DNA from: Marsupella aquatica | Taxonomy: Eukaryota; Plantae; Marchantiophyta | Length of the DNA stretch: 64,000 bases | Assembly (NCBI GenBank): GCA_973895155.1 | Contig: OZ316894.1 | Span: forward strand, 11,587,892 to 11,651,891 | Direction of reading: 5' to 3' | Shown here: positions 27,701-42,085 of the stretch, piece by piece | Position numbering within the stretch: position 1 is the first letter of the stretch | Layout: each line of letters begins with the position of its first letter | Position numbers and translations under genes: made by a program | Notes under the pieces: model-generated | Databases searched by the model: none | What the model was told of the DNA's origin: nothing | What the model saw: only the letters and a program-made list of their open reading frames with translations

Positions 27701-28342
27701 TGATGCTGACCCACATGTCTCCCAATTCCAATGAACTGAGTGTTTCTCTGCAGTCGTGCGAACCAAATCTTTGTGTCCTCCCCTGTCCGAAATCTCGCCA
27801 TTGAACACAATTTCGGGTGTGTCGTTCTTCACACGCAGCAAGCTCAGTAAGTTGCTCACTGGTCCTCGTTTCTTCGTCTGTCGCAACAAGCTCTTGAATT
27901 AGCTCCACAATTATGCAGAGCAACGATTTCAGAAAAGAAGCTGAATTTGTGAGCAAAGGTCGATTCTCCAAAGCGATTCTCCAAAGCGTTGCATACCCGA
28001 AGTGATTGTCGGTGAATTTGTTCGAGATCGATGCGGAATGCGCGACTATGACGGTGTAGATGAATGTTGTAGTCGGACTTTGTAATTGCTCTTGCGAATT
28101 CATCACTACCTTGTTGGACGTCCATCCGAGCAGATGAATGTCGTTTTTGCCTTGTGGAATACTGTATCAGGAAATCGCTTTCTCCTCTGCAGGTCGGTTG
28201 CCAAGAGAGGACGTCGATGCGATCCGCAGATGGTGGCCTCACTCTACACTGAGCGGGATTAGGGTTCCCTCTTCGGAAAGGGAGACACCAGAAGGGAGTC
28301 TTGTAGAATTGTGTGCGGACAGAAGCCGGCGGACAAGCAAGC

Positions 28343-29838
28343 ATGACTGGCGCCACTGTTCGTCGTGGGAGCCAAAGAGCAAGAGCGCAGTGGGCGAACT
28401 TCATGCAGTGGCAGGGAAAGTCCACCCAGATGAGGCAGCAACAGCGAAGAAAAATTCCTCGGAACTTTTCCGTGGAAATACCGGAGTCTAAAGAATTTTA
28501 CGACACTCCAAGTTTGAAGATTGGGCTGGGCATGGTTGCTGTTACGATCCTGGCCAAACTCACTATGATGGTGAGCATCTTGCAGTTTCAGTCCGTTTGG
28601 TGATCGCCAGTTTTCCGAAGCCATATCACGACCCTGCTAGGGTTTCTGTGCTTGTTGCATCGAGTCAGCGAAACAATTATGAGTGAATGAGCTATACGAG
28701 ACTCTAATGGAGGACAGATATCTCCCAAAATTCGTCAAACACAAGTTGTTGACGTAGCTGTGCTCCATATACTGGATTGTCACTCCATATAATATATGAA
28801 TTTCTCCTCTCTTAATGACCGCAGTATGACGAATCGAAGGAGGAAGAGCGGACAGAGCGCAAGGCGAAGGAGCTGGCTCTGGCTCAGGAAGCTGGCCCAC
28901 AAATCGTTTCACGAGAGGTATGGGAACATCTACAACAGCTACGGCCTCGTACACCTTTTGAGTCTGGTACTACTCGAGACCATGCTCGAATTCGAACCGG
29001 AGATGACTTGAATCTGGTACGTTTTTACCGTATTTGTGAACGTTCCAGTCGACTGGTTAGAAATAAATGATTTGATAGCCAGATAGGGTATTTCTGAGGT
29101 AACGAGAGTTAAATCCGAGCCTGTGCAAATGGTTTAAGTCATCTGATCTGTCGAACCTGTTTCCCCGATCGTTGCTATGATTGTTTGCAATTGTAGAGGC
29201 TTCATTTAATGAGGTGGCATTGTCGCCGCGGTAATTCGAGCATGTAACTTTACAAGTCGGGGTGATAGAATGTGTTGTCGAAACTGGCTATGACTTTCAT
29301 CAGCTCCTTTGACACACTAGACTTCATCGCTGCATGTGATTCACTGTAATTCTTAAGTCCCTTTCATTTCTCCTCCGAGCATGGGTCAGAAAAACTATTA
29401 AGTGACCTGCCTGACTACATATGTTCTGAAGATGCCGTAGATTGATACACTGACCTTCAGATGACCAGCACTTGATGAATTGAGCTTTATTCCGGCTCCT
29501 GGAAGGGCTGGAATGTTAGAATGCCCAAGAGCTAGAAGTACGATTGTCTTCTGTTTATTGACTATCAGATTTGAGCTTTTAAGCTATCGCCAGGGTTATC
29601 GTTCAGGAATGGGCTCGTTTCTGTGTACAAGAAAATTGCCGCTACCTCAGTTTGTATCATGTGATTGACCTTTGGACAGATTTATCAATTGGACCCGCAT
29701 GCTACCCTCTGACGATATGGAACCTAAGGAGTTTACCTTTCCCTCTTGCAGGAAGATCTCAAGGACTGGGCCGTTGACGTCCTGACTGAAGCACTTGCCA
29801 GGAAAGAGGATTCGTTTCGCCCGAGGGGGCAGACTTGA
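28343..29838 (+). CDS. Conserved uncharacterised plant protein (~168 aa) with one TM segment and a basic, possibly organellar, presequence; exons 28343-28570, 28825-29016, 29752-29838
   Basis: Phase-0 GT-AG introns give ...KIGLGMVAVTILAKLTMM|YDESKEEERTERK...LRPRTPFESGTTRDHARIRTGDDLNL|EDLKDWAVDVLTEALAR...*. The RPRTPFES / ARIRTG / EDLKDW blocks resemble a conserved plant family recalled from memory. Confidence 0.8.
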
Positions 29839-30039
29839 TTTGCGTTGCTGAAAGAAAGATTAATGGGCCCAAGCCCGATTATCACTCATGGGAAGAAAAA
29901 ATTCGGTGCTGGGAGTTGACTAAGTGACCTCTCCGTGATGAAATCTACTGAGGTGCCATCTTAACTTCAGCATATCTTGTTGTTTTGGTCGGTCAAGTAT
30001 ATATGGTTTTGTTTCAATTTAGATAAATATTTTATTATT

Positions 30040-30095
30040 TGCCTCGAAGAGGATTCGAACCTCCATGCTTAAAAGCACGAAATTTTGAATTTTCG
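30040..30095 (-). pseudogene. trnL: 3' half of plastid-type tRNA-Leu(CAA) (NUPT fragment)
   Basis: Minus strand reads ...ATTCAAAATTTCGTGCTTTTAAGCATGGAGGTTCGAATCCTCTTCGAGGCA, matching the anticodon loop, variable arm, T-loop and 3' acceptor strand of chloroplast trnL-CAA. The D-arm and 5' strand are absent. Confidence 0.75.
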
Positions 30096-31503
30096 TTTTT
30101 TGCTTATTCGTGCCCAGATTCGTCTTTTTCCATCAATTTCTTCAATTGAAAGTACTTCTTTTTCATGTGAATCGTTCTCGTACATCTTAAACAAAGGGAA
30201 ATGAACGTATGTTCAGATCCTTTGTGTTCTGAGGTTCAAACGGTGATGTTTGGCTTGAAATTTAAATTCGCGTTCTCGTAGATCGAGTACCAGACTGTGC
30301 CCTCATTTACGGAGAAAATCGAAGGTTTGGGACCATAACACATGGAGCAAAATAACTCCCAAAGGGTGTCTAGCATTTTATTGGACGCCAGCATAACCGG
30401 AGCACAGACCAGCGTCACAGGTCTGAGAAGCTTACTCGTCTACGAAGAGTGATTCTGGGAAGAGCTCTCAAAATCATAGACCTGTAGGATTGATGGCACA
30501 ATTGACCCGTTTCCGTTCAAAGCCTGTTACGTGTATGAGAGTGACTATTTACTTTTGTTCGAAGATTTCTCAAGTCATTTGAATCAACGTAAGATCTTGT
30601 TGAGGCACAGTCTTGACCCGCTAGATGTATTTCAATCTATTGACAGGAGAATTGGTTGTTCCTGAGTGTCCATAGATGCCTTCCCACCATTTTGCCATCA
30701 ATTGTTAATATCTCTCCCAATACGGAGCCCAGAATGCACACCTTTACTAGATGAGGGCCAGAACCTTAAAATGTTTTTGATGGGGCTTTTGTAACGGCGC
30801 TATGGGCATGTTCCTCTATCACCTTGCTATTATGTCCAAAGGCCAAGCGAAACTGTAGCCACGTTGGTCTGAACTGGGAATCGGTGGCAAATGCAGAAAT
30901 GTTTGGGCAAGGGAGGGAGCTGAGGAGGGAACGAACGCATGAGCTTGAGTTTCACTTTCTCTGAGAGGATGCAGTGAACAGTATTAATTTTTTCTCCTAA
31001 GCAGTTTTCCTTTAGTCAACAATTCCGTTATTTCTCAAGTCATTGAATTATATCGGCTAGATATAATGTCTCATTGGTTTTATTTGTTGTGTTGACGTGG
31101 TCGGCGATTTCAGGGACTTCGTTGAATAGTACTGATTTATTGTCGACCTCACGAACCTTAAGAACCTTAACTCCAGTGTGAGTTACATACAATCTTAAGA
31201 ACCTCAACTCCAGTGCTTGCCTGCATCGACCCCTCGCCACCACAAATTATTAGTAGTCTCTTTCTTGAATATAAGTAAGGAGTCAGGGCGTTCTCAACCT
31301 GTGCAAAACGCTCTCGCGCCTCTAGAATGTCCAGATTCTCACCTTATTTAATCATGGTGCGATTTGGGAGACATTTACTACAGTGCAAGAATGTTTCCCA
31401 TATCGACTAGTTCCATAAATGAATAGTCTTAAAGTTCCCAATAATCAGTATAACTGAGACAGCACCCTTCACAAGAGCTGGTCAGTCCCAATTCTCCTTC
31501 CAA

Positions 31504-31617
31504 GAATGCTTTGCAGGCATCCCTGGGCCCAAGTAGGTCCACGGACCTCATGTCCCCCAGGAATGCTTTGCAGGCATCCCTGGGCCCAAGTAGGTCCACG
31601 GACCTCATGTCCCCCAG
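31504..31617 (+). repeat. Perfect 57-bp tandem duplication
   Basis: gaatgctttgcaggcatccctgggcccaagtaggtccacggacctcatgtcccccag occurs twice. Confidence 0.95.
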
Positions 31618-34600
31618 GTCGAACTGCCGTTCACCGAGACGTCCCCTTGGTTCGGCTCACCCCCAATCTCCTAAATGCAAGCAGAGAACCGAATTCTAAA
31701 CTACGGTGATCAAGAGTGGGAAGACTGGCGGGACGACATCATGCTACGTGGAGTTGCCACTCTACGTAGCATGCACCTTTGCTCTTCAAACACCTTGTCT
31801 GATGCTGTATTATCCGAGTAAGATGTTTCTGTGTAACTGTGTCCATTTGATCCTCCGCCTGCTGAGGTGAACGCTGATTTTCCATCGCAGCAAGCTCTTC
31901 GGACCAGGGATCAATAGAACACAATTTCTCCGTGTCTCAGTAGCTTTCTAGGTTTCGTGTCAATGACCGCAGAGGTTTCTTCTTCCCCTCTTCAAAATTT
32001 ACCCCTGAGTTTGTCAATAATCATCCTCATTGGAACATTGGTACTTTAGAATCCACAATCTAGTTTAATGACAAGGGAACTGGAATCTCTTCTCCTGTAA
32101 TATGAAATTCATGACTTCGTCAATAGTCAATCGCACTGGGAAGACGTGAGTTATGGAATTCAGGACTTCGTCAACAGTCAAACGCACCGGAAAGACGTGA
32201 GTTCAAGATCATCAGAGGTAGATATGAACCTTCGCAAAGGAAGAGTTCCTCTGCAGCGCTGAAAAAGTTATTCATTTTCAAATAAATCTCGATACTGTTT
32301 GACAGCCAGAGAAGAGCAAGAATAATTGTTTAGAAGATTGATTGACGCTCCAAATATGCTAGCAGTATCCAGGTGTGGAGAATTCACGCAGCCCACACCA
32401 GACTCAAACGAGTGACCAACCCTAAAGGCATTCATCTTGCCTAGTCCGACAACATGCAAAAGCTAAATTGTTGCTTGAAAACTGTAAATGAGAATTAAAA
32501 AAACGACTTATTTTATCAGTGGAGCCAAGGACTACCACTAACCACTTTTCCTTGGGATCTTCTAGTTTTCACCTCGGAAGCCACTGACCACTTTTCAATC
32601 ACAATTGACCTGTTTAGCTATTGCGGCTCCTTCCGCAAGCCCTTCAATTAGAGTAATGACTTCTTCGTATACCAACGTGGCATCCCTGGCAGTTCTCTAG
32701 CAATATATCTACAGAAAACGAGATGATGAAAGCAAGCCTGTGTAATATTGACGAGATTGACCATCTATTCCTTACATGTCAAGGTTCGACAAGTCTATGA
32801 ATCGATTTAAAGCCCGATTGAGGCCCAAAGTTTAACACCTGCGGACCAGCTATTCCTTTCTTTTGGAACTTCAACAAGTATATGAATCAATATAAAGTCC
32901 CTGTTGAGGCCCAAAGTTTTATATGCCTTCATGGATACACTTACTGCGGCTATGAGAGTGTCATAGTTCTGTGGTAGCTCAATATCTGTTGTTCGCTTTC
33001 ATCTGCAGTTGGAGATTTTTCTGAACCTAAAGAGAGCTTGGAAAAGATGTTGACATGATCACGCATTGGGAGAAATGCCGTGGCATTTCAAAGTTTTTGC
33101 ATGGCAGGGGTGTCGAAGGGAAGCTTTTAAGCACTAGAAAAGTGTGGTGAATTAATGAGTTGGACAGATTTTCGTTAAAGGTCACAAGTGCAAGCTTGTG
33201 CCACACTGAAGAAAGGCCCAGAAGTTTTCAAAACTCCCAGCAATAGAAGCATATGAACTTGGAATGAATGTGATGAAATCCCAGTCAAACAAAGCATCAG
33301 AACGGGAGTTCAGACCACCTCATGTGACCAGTGATGAGAAAAGGAGCATACTAGAAAGACACGGACTAAGTGGCGTGTCCATAGGAACATTACGAATATA
33401 GCATTTCATGTGACTTCATACTGTTGTGGTAAGAGATATGCTTGTGAATCGAGAGCACTGTTTAGACGGCGAGAAGAAGACTATTTGATGGTTCTACATT
33501 GGTGGTTTAAGACATTCGTGATATGTCAATTCCTGAAGTTAGTTGCAAAGCATCGTCGTCCACTTTGTATTCCTCATTTGAAGTTCTCATGGACCACTTT
33601 CAATTGATTGCTAGCACTTCATTAGTTTTTGTCTTTCTTTTGGCCGTTTAGCAAAAGGTGAATGCAGCCACATTTGAGGAGAACTTTGCCAAGTAGGGCC
33701 ATCTGAACACACCAAAGTCATACATTCCAGAATATTCTTCCTAGAATTGCGCCATGTTCTTCACATCAGCCATCCTGGGCCATTTCTTTTACCTCTCAAT
33801 CTTATGTGTTTGTGTCCAGACACACTGGATTTGTTCAGCTGGTCTTTGCCCTGTTGCTATTGTATTTTTTACATTGAAAACCCTCGTCCACTAGGCCATC
33901 AACTTTTCCACAATATTCCCTTAGTTTACACATGGGAACCTTCGTGAGGAACCTCAGTGAGAACCCCAGTTCTAGCCATGGACTCCTGCCCCTAAAACGG
34001 CCGGTTACATAGTTATTCTTCATAGGAGAAATCAAAGGGGGACATTCACATAAAAATGACAGTATGTATGTAGATCAGATTTACTTATCTTGTGTAGTAG
34101 TTCTCTTTGCTGCCTTTACAAGTTAGGGTGGTAATTCTCTTTTTAGCAATGGTTTCTCCATAACCAAAACAAGCGCCCATGTCACTCCCTCCACACCAAA
34201 AAAGTTGAAAGGAAACCAATGGTTGGTGATTTGTTCTAAGTATCCCTGAAAGTCAGGTGCACTTTTAAGGGACAGCTTCTTAGGCCGGGTTCACACCAAG
34301 CTTTTAAAGTCCCGAAAGAGTTAGCCAGCTAGGATGGTCTTCACATCTGATCTTTCATTGTGCCTTAGGAAGTGTAGGACAAGCCCTGCTGTAGGTTTCC
34401 ACAAACTGCAAACCCGCCTTTAAATTGTTGGCAGTTTGCCACGCAAGAGTTCAAAGTAATACTGCCACAAACTACTAGAATACCTGTTATCAACTTCCTC
34501 TCTTTGCTTCATGTTGGGCCCTTTGACTCACTTGGTTTTGCAGCAAATATTCCAGAGCAATCATTGATGTTGTGATACAAAACTTATATTCAGTGTTCTT

Positions 34601-37600
34601 TGGTAGGGGAAGTGCTGTCTTTGTAAAATGAATCAAAGCTGCAAATTACTGCTGCCATTAGAGTTCTAGGTAAAGGGAGAGGATGCTAGACATGGTGACC
34701 ACTGTGATAACTCCCTAAAACAGGCAACAATAAAACCTGCCAATAAGTTGCTTAACCCATACTAAGTGAGTTATATTCTCCTCTTGTGCTACACACAAAG
34801 CTGGTCTCTAATCCTCCAAAGCTAAGTTTGTCCTGTTGTGAACTCTGGGTGACCTAGGGGAAAGCACCTATCCTTGAGAGGTTGATAACACAATTTCACC
34901 CAGATATTGAAGTACACTAGTTAGTGCCGATGTCTGATAGTAACTCATCCTGAGCTTGGATCAAAATGCTGATCGACTCATCCAGTTTCAGCCACTGTAT
35001 TTATAGCTATATTAAACCTACTTGTATACTTGTGCTTCATTTGGTGCCCCTTCTGTGCATCTGTGGACAACATTGAACCTGAACTGAAGTGAATGACATA
35101 GCAGGCATGACCTGGACTTTCTCGACAAAAAGTGAATGACATGACAAAAGCAACACAAATTGAAGTATTTGCATGGAAACTTTCTTGGCAACCAAATTGA
35201 TGTAAACATGTCTTTCAAACCTAGCACCAACACATACGAAGTCATAAATTTATGGATAGGTCTATTTTGTAAATGAATTGTGACAGACCACATGTGATCA
35301 ATGATTTAGATCAACTAGATTATTAAAATAAGCGAAGGGGTGTCTAGATCTTTAAGGACACCCATTACTGTCGTTTCTTTGCATCTTTTTCTTTTCTCCT
35401 GTCATGACTCTCTTTTCCTTTTTGTCTGTATTCTGATTTTTCTCTGGTATCTGACTTGTGTGGTGATTTCCCTTTCAAGCCCAAAAAGGGAAAGGTACTA
35501 AAGCCTGTGGAAGTTGCTGCCCGAAAGAGGCATCATTAATACGAGATTCATTCGTTTATTGATGTTTCCATACAAAAGCCACATTGCCACACCATGTCCT
35601 TCACGCTGCTATGAATGCATCGTGCAATAGTCCCATAGCTGCAATGCATTGTCATTTTCAGACACATAATTACACCATCTACTTTTAAATTGCCACTGGA
35701 CACTTCCTCCTTTTTCACATTCCATTCCTTCTTCTGTCATTTTGTCTACTGTGCCTCTTTGTTCCACAATTTCAAGAAAAATGGCACTACTTTGAAACGT
35801 GGTGGATCCAAGTCTGGTCATAGCTAACGACACTTCACCTGGCTCTTGTAACGCAGTGCCTATTCTAAATTCTAGTTATATGATTGACAAGGACTGCACT
35901 ACAATAGTGGAAGTGCTGTTGGAAGTGTGATGCCTTATGCTCAGTAGTTGGGACGGTCACTCAAGTTGTTACCATATTGTAGTCAGCCTCAATAGGACAA
36001 GTCTCCAAAGTAAATACAGATGCTTACATATGACCTATGACTGTACAGGTTAGCATAGACAAGATCCATATGACACACATTGAGAGTGACAAGTTGATGT
36101 CATCCATTTATGAGCCATTGCTTCCTTTCCTGGATTCTTATGGAGATATTGTGGGGCTATCAATCTTCTTTCCCGGATTTGTTTTCTATGTTGAGCTGGA
36201 ATCATGGACACATATCACAAATACTGATAAATCAATGTTTCCATAACATGCCTCATAATTGTTGCATAGTTTCACACCAAGAAGCCCAGATGTACCATTA
36301 AATTTGACAGATAACTAGGATGGGCCATTGCAACTTGGATGGACTTTGTCCTACAATACTTTCAACTCAAAAAGTATTTCTTTGGTCACACTTTGGATCT
36401 CAAAAGCTACTAGGTCCATCTGAGTTACTTGGTTACGCATTAAGGTCCGCTGAGCATCACTTTCGCTTCATAAGGGTTCAAATTTTGCAAATTATACTCA
36501 ATATTTCTAAACTTAATGAATAAATACAAAGCATCTTTGGAGGCTAAAACAAAACTTAATAAATGAAGGAAATGGACCCCAGTACTGTTCTCATGCATGG
36601 TTGTCACTTTACAGTCCTGGAGCTGACTGATAGCTACACAAATCATGCTGGTCCGCTCAATTCGAGAGAATTCTAGTCAATGACGAGCATGGCAGAAATT
36701 GGAAATTAATATAGAATCAATGTACAGCACCAGAGAGACTATGAAGTCTAAGTGACAGCTAAGAAAGCAATTAAGCCCAGAGTAGATCATTGGCGATTGG
36801 GAGGGGATAAGACAGAGTCAGAGAGTGGGGAGATTCTCAGCAGGTGGCTAGCAATGTCATAGTACTTCTACTCTACAGAACGGGTCTCCATAACTGCACA
36901 TCAAAATATGACATATCTGTAAGACACCCCTGCATACCCTGACAATCCTAAATTTTTTTTCAATCAATGAATGCAACCACATTTTAATGTGTGATTACCA
37001 ACAGTGGGATCTGTGTAAGTGCATATTTCATAAGTGCACTGTCCGGTTAAGTGTAGGGTATCCCGTTCTTCCCTTTTCTTCTACATGGAACAAGAGCTTT
37101 TTAAGTATCCTTTCTACGAGCACACAGGCCTGAAGTCATTTAGCTATACTACAACTTTACAAGTGCTTACCCTTGATAAGGGTCAGACATATGCACTTAC
37201 TGGTAAACACACATTCACTTAAAATTGAGCTTACTAATAAATGCATGTCCATTCTTAGCAGAGTAAAAATGCAGTTAGGGAGTTTGGGCACAGAATTTAG
37301 GCAGGGATATGGGGTACGAGGCTGCTCACTGACTGAGGGGCCCAATTACACATTCAACAAGGGGACTAATGCACTTTTTTCTTATCAAGGAATGCAAACC
37401 TGCTTTAGTGCATGCTGGATCCTTCTTCCCCAGAGCGTGCACTTATAGAGAGTTAGCTTTAGTACTCTGTCTGACTCTGCTTCTGTTTGCAGCTAGCAAG
37501 GACTCTGTTGCCTTGGTGTTGTACACCATGCTTTGTACGATAAAAAACTGTGATGACTATGACCAACTTTTGTGGTCTTTATTGTTGACAAGAGATGACA

Positions 37601-38521
37601 CTACTGGAGCCTCTTGCCGTTTCCACATTTGAAGCAACCGCTCCTTGTTTAGTATGGAAGGATAGACCAATTCTCCACCACTTCAATTGATATAGCTATG
37701 CTTACTAGGTTTGAATTTGGGCCAAGTACAGGGCACTGCTTACCTAAAGAGCAGGATTGTCAGTTGTTGGCTTTGGACATTAATGATTGGGAAAATATCC
37801 CTTTGGCCACTTGATTGTGGCAATTTGCTACCACAATTCACCAAACTGCAAAAAAGTTTGTGTGGCTGAAAGACCACTTTGCAAACCCCCCAACAAACAA
37901 TTTGGAGTAAGGCACTCAGTTAAATTCAAGTCTCCACGCTGTTCACATTTAGTTGGAGTTGCAGTAGCTCATTAGCTGGATTGCTCTTGGCCTGCAAAAT
38001 TCTGTTCCAGGATAGATGGTCGGAATCAGTGACTGATACACTAGGGCGTCTCAAACCTGAAGGGTCGCAAAAGAATAGCAGCCCGAAAAGTATGTTTTGG
38101 ATGTTGGTTGCAAGTTGTAAATTACTTGTCGCGAGTCTGGTACAATTTAGCTCAGGGAAAACCTGTGTGACAATGATTGGAGCCAACACACAGCGGTTTG
38201 ACATGCCCTATTGAAGGCCACCCATATTGAGGCAAAGCGCTCATTATTGAACAATGAGGGACAACACTATGCCTGAATATGGTGGGCCGTTACCCATAAT
38301 CTGTGCAGCTTTGAGAATTCAAATGGCCAGACAATAGTTTAGGAGTTTCTATGGCTTGTGATTTAAAGACGCAGTCATAATGTTTTAGAGAACTACTCTA
38401 GATTAGCTTGTGAGGAGCGTCTGGGGATCACTGATGCCTTTTTCCAGAACATGTAGACTAGATCTCAAACAAACCTAATGAGTCATCTCTGCTTTTCTTA
38501 CACGTCCCGGTAATTACATAT

Positions 38522-38585
38522 CAAAATGTGACTTTATATGGTATACTCTATCACTCTGTACCATGATAAACGCAATTATTCTCTT
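38522..38585 (+). repeat. Dispersed repeat copy (second copy at ~47480-47542)
   Basis: tgtgac..tatatggt.tact.tatcactct.taccatga.aaac.caatt.ttct is shared by both loci. Confidence 0.7.
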
Positions 38586-41500
38586 TACCATAGTGCCATT
38601 TGACAGTGCAGGATTATTCTAAAATTCCCCCCAAAACAAGTTTTGTTTTAGGTATTATGCTTGTGAGCCAACGAGCGAATAAATTCAATGGGCATTGAGT
38701 GAAAGGCATGAGAAAATAACTCTATGGTTGCAAAGCAGGAAAATATGATTTATATAAATGTGAATAGTAAACAAATGAAAGGGCAAAGAGCCCGGCAATG
38801 AGTGGAAACCCTCACTAAAGAATCGAATTACAAAAATTTATAAATCACGGCAATGAGTGGAAACCCTCACTAAAGGACTTTTCTAATTGGAGGAAAGAAT
38901 GATTATTAAAAAAAACTTGTTCTATTGCATTGATAGCATAACTTTAGCATCACTAAATGACTTTCTAGTTGTAAACAAGGAAAGAATAATTTATTAAAAG
39001 AAGTTATCCTCTTGCATTAATAGCATACCAATCTACAAAGATTTAAAACAAGACACTAAAAAAGTACTTATCAAATCAAGCTCGAATGTTCTAAATTCCT
39101 AATAAGTTTATTGATAACCCAACTTTCTATCGCATATCTTGGGCCAAGGGTCTCCACACAAAATGTCATTTGGTGGTCATTGTCACATTTTGCTCGAGGT
39201 AACTAAGACTGCCCTATGACAGCCCCATAGGGCAGTCTGCATGAATTTTTGGAGTTAGTGCAATTCTGATGTTTTGCTCAAAAAACAAATGGCACACAAG
39301 GGCCCCCGAAATAACTTTAATTATGATGAGTCAAAATTGGGAAAAAAGGGGATAGATGTCGAGGTGATAAAAGATGTTGCGATGAGCAAAAAATGTCAAG
39401 GTGATAAAAGATGTCAAGGAGTGAAAAAATGTTCAGATGAGAAATATATTTTGATTAAGGAAAAAACATTTTGAGGAGAGAAAAAGATGTCAAGGTTTTG
39501 TCCCTCCCCAATTTTGAGAAAAAGAGATTTAACATATAATTATACATTTTGCCCCACTGGAAGTAGTTTGGGAGAGAAACCCACTTACCGTTTGATAGTA
39601 TATTGTCCATACCATGCACCACATGCTTACAAAAGGACTGTACCAAGGTGATATTACTTTGAGAAATACTCTCGTGGAGGTAGCCACGTGGCACCATTTT
39701 GAACGACTCATATTTACAATATCAATACACTGAGCAACACAGAGAGAGCTAGAATACAATATCAATATAGTGAGAGACATAGAGAGAGCTAGAAAGAAAG
39801 GAAAACATAAGTCAACCATTTTCAAGATCATCTGACCACATTATATGTTTTGACCACATACTTTTGCTAGTGAATTTCAGGAACCTTCCAGCATGCTCAA
39901 GCTCAAGCTACCTATGGTTTGATCACTCACCATGGGTGCTATTGTTGCTCCATGGCAGCTTGCCCCCTTACAGGACCTCCCTATCTCACTTGCAGATTTA
40001 CTTACAACACTAGATGTGGACCATTATTTATTGACACTTTAGCTTTCCACTTAGTCCACTGGTTCATCACACTTTTTCCTATTCCCAGTTGCATTTGCCT
40101 ATTTTCTAGTGTTTGTCCTCTGCTACTTTCCATTCATTGTACTTTGTTTGTTCCTTTTGATATAAAGTCTGGTTTTTTGCTTTGTTCAAGGAGGGAAAAA
40201 AGAGGAAAGGAAGTTCAGGCGTTTCACAGCCGTCCTTGACAGGTGTACTTTCACAAAAGGGGACAGAATTACAAGATCAGTAAAAAGTCCAGAAGATCAC
40301 AAGGCAATTATTTATTTCGATCTTTGGTTGTTCGTCTTGTACCATGCAAGAAGGCTATTCTATCTAGAGTTACTGCCGAGTAGGTGACGTGAAGGGACGA
40401 AGGTATCAACACTATTTACTATTAGTAACTAAATAGATTAGTCTTGCAGCTATGGCGCAAAAGGCATTCACTATGAACAACAGGCCATTCCTGTACGGAG
40501 AATAAGGTGTTTTGTATATATTGAGGTCTAATCCGCATGTAGCAGCCCTTAGTTTACCAGCCCGCATCACTTACAAAAATATCCATGAGAAGTACAACCC
40601 ATTTGACAGCAGAGCACTGCAACATTTTGGCTTTTGCTTTATTATGGAGTTCGAAATCAGGACTTCAAGCGCCAAAACCTTTCCTGCCCTTGCCATTTGC
40701 ACTCTTACCTTTTTGCCTGGCATGAGAGGGTTCATACATCTTTCCCTCGCTCACTTATATGTTGCCAAGAGGCAGGTTGAGGGCTGGGTACGGTAGGGCA
40801 GCTCAGGTGCAATTTGGCTCTAAAAGCATCTCCAAAGGTTACCTGGTTTGATTAGGATAAGTAGCAATTAGTGATGACAGGGGAATGAATTTTTAGCCAG
40901 CGTCCTTACTAGATAATTTAAACCACACTAGAAATAAGCGTTACACAACAATAGTAAAATGTTGAAAACCCAACCACCAACCCATTAGAATGTCAAATAC
41001 AAATCTAGGAAAAAAATCTTGAAGCTTTACACTGACTGACTATTTACGTTTGATTTTACTTGATAATCCAATAGCTTCACAGTGAATTGGTTGGACATAA
41101 GTTTTTGCATTCTAGTAACTTGAAAATAAGATATCTTTACGTCAAATAGGCTGAACATGGTTTTTTGCATTTTAGTGAACATCCAGTTACAATAGAAGCT
41201 TCCAGTCACAGCTCCAAAAGACCACACATGTCATGACGTGGTCAAGCTCCTAACTCTTTTAAACCACACTTGCCCATATAAGGACCTCATTCACTCCCTC
41301 ACCACTCCTCATTCCTGTCCTGTGGGGAACCTGGTTTCCCCATAACAGGTGTAACAATTGTGAATAAAAGATTATACACTCACCACCTTTGTGGAGCTCA
41401 AGCCCATTCCTGAACCTTTGAAGTTTATAATGAGAGCTAGTGACCTTGAACTTTATAATGAGACTAAGGGTAACCCATAGCTCTTTACAGATAAAATGGT

Positions 41501-41957
41501 GATTTAAGGGTGGCTTTACTAGGCCTTGGGGGGCAGTTCACACTTTTGTTTGGTCTCTAAGATCTGATCAGGGCCATCCATTTGGGAGAAACTGTTGCTG
41601 TTCACTTTACAAAAAGTTGGGGGCACTTTCAACCAAACCTGTTACCAGTCCTACATGGAATGTAGTGGTGTCCAATTTTTGCTTATGTGGAACACTCTTT
41701 TGTCCTAGATTTTAGAACACCTCTCTTGGAGGTCTCTTCTTCTGGCCTCTTGGTCCATTTTTATGTTAAGTCATTTGTATTATAAAGGTACTCACAAGTC
41801 CTTCATAAGATCTTCTCTTCTCACATCTACAAAGACTTTAGCCAAAACTAAGTGACATTCACGTGGAGCCTACTCAATCTGTCTTTTAGACAATTAATCT
41901 GGCACCACTGGCTGCACTTGTCTTTATAAGACCTTGGGGACAATAAAAAAAATTCGA

Positions 41958-42085
41958 AAAATGCTTTTAGCCCAGGGACACTATATGGCCCTCCAGTTTG
42001 CTTAGGTGAAAAAAACTCTCAAAACATGCTTTAAGCCCCGGGACACTATATGGTCCTCCAGTTTGCTTAGGTGAAAAAAAACTCC
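41958..42085 (+). repeat. ~64-bp tandem duplication
   Basis: atgcttt.agccc.gggacactatatgg.cctccagtttgcttaggtgaaaaaaactc occurs twice. Confidence 0.9.

Noticed and set aside
27639-28624. Minus-strand ORFs of 121-189 aa
   Set aside because: They overlap the leader and first exon of the spliced + strand gene and show no homology cues.
32670-33120. Possible TIR-domain remnant (AIPFFWN, MITHW..AV)
   Set aside because: Motifs are too short and scattered across frames to support without a profile search.
35600-38400. Possible transposase or retroelement coding remnants
   Set aside because: Composition suggests old TE DNA, but no diagnostic motif could be read.
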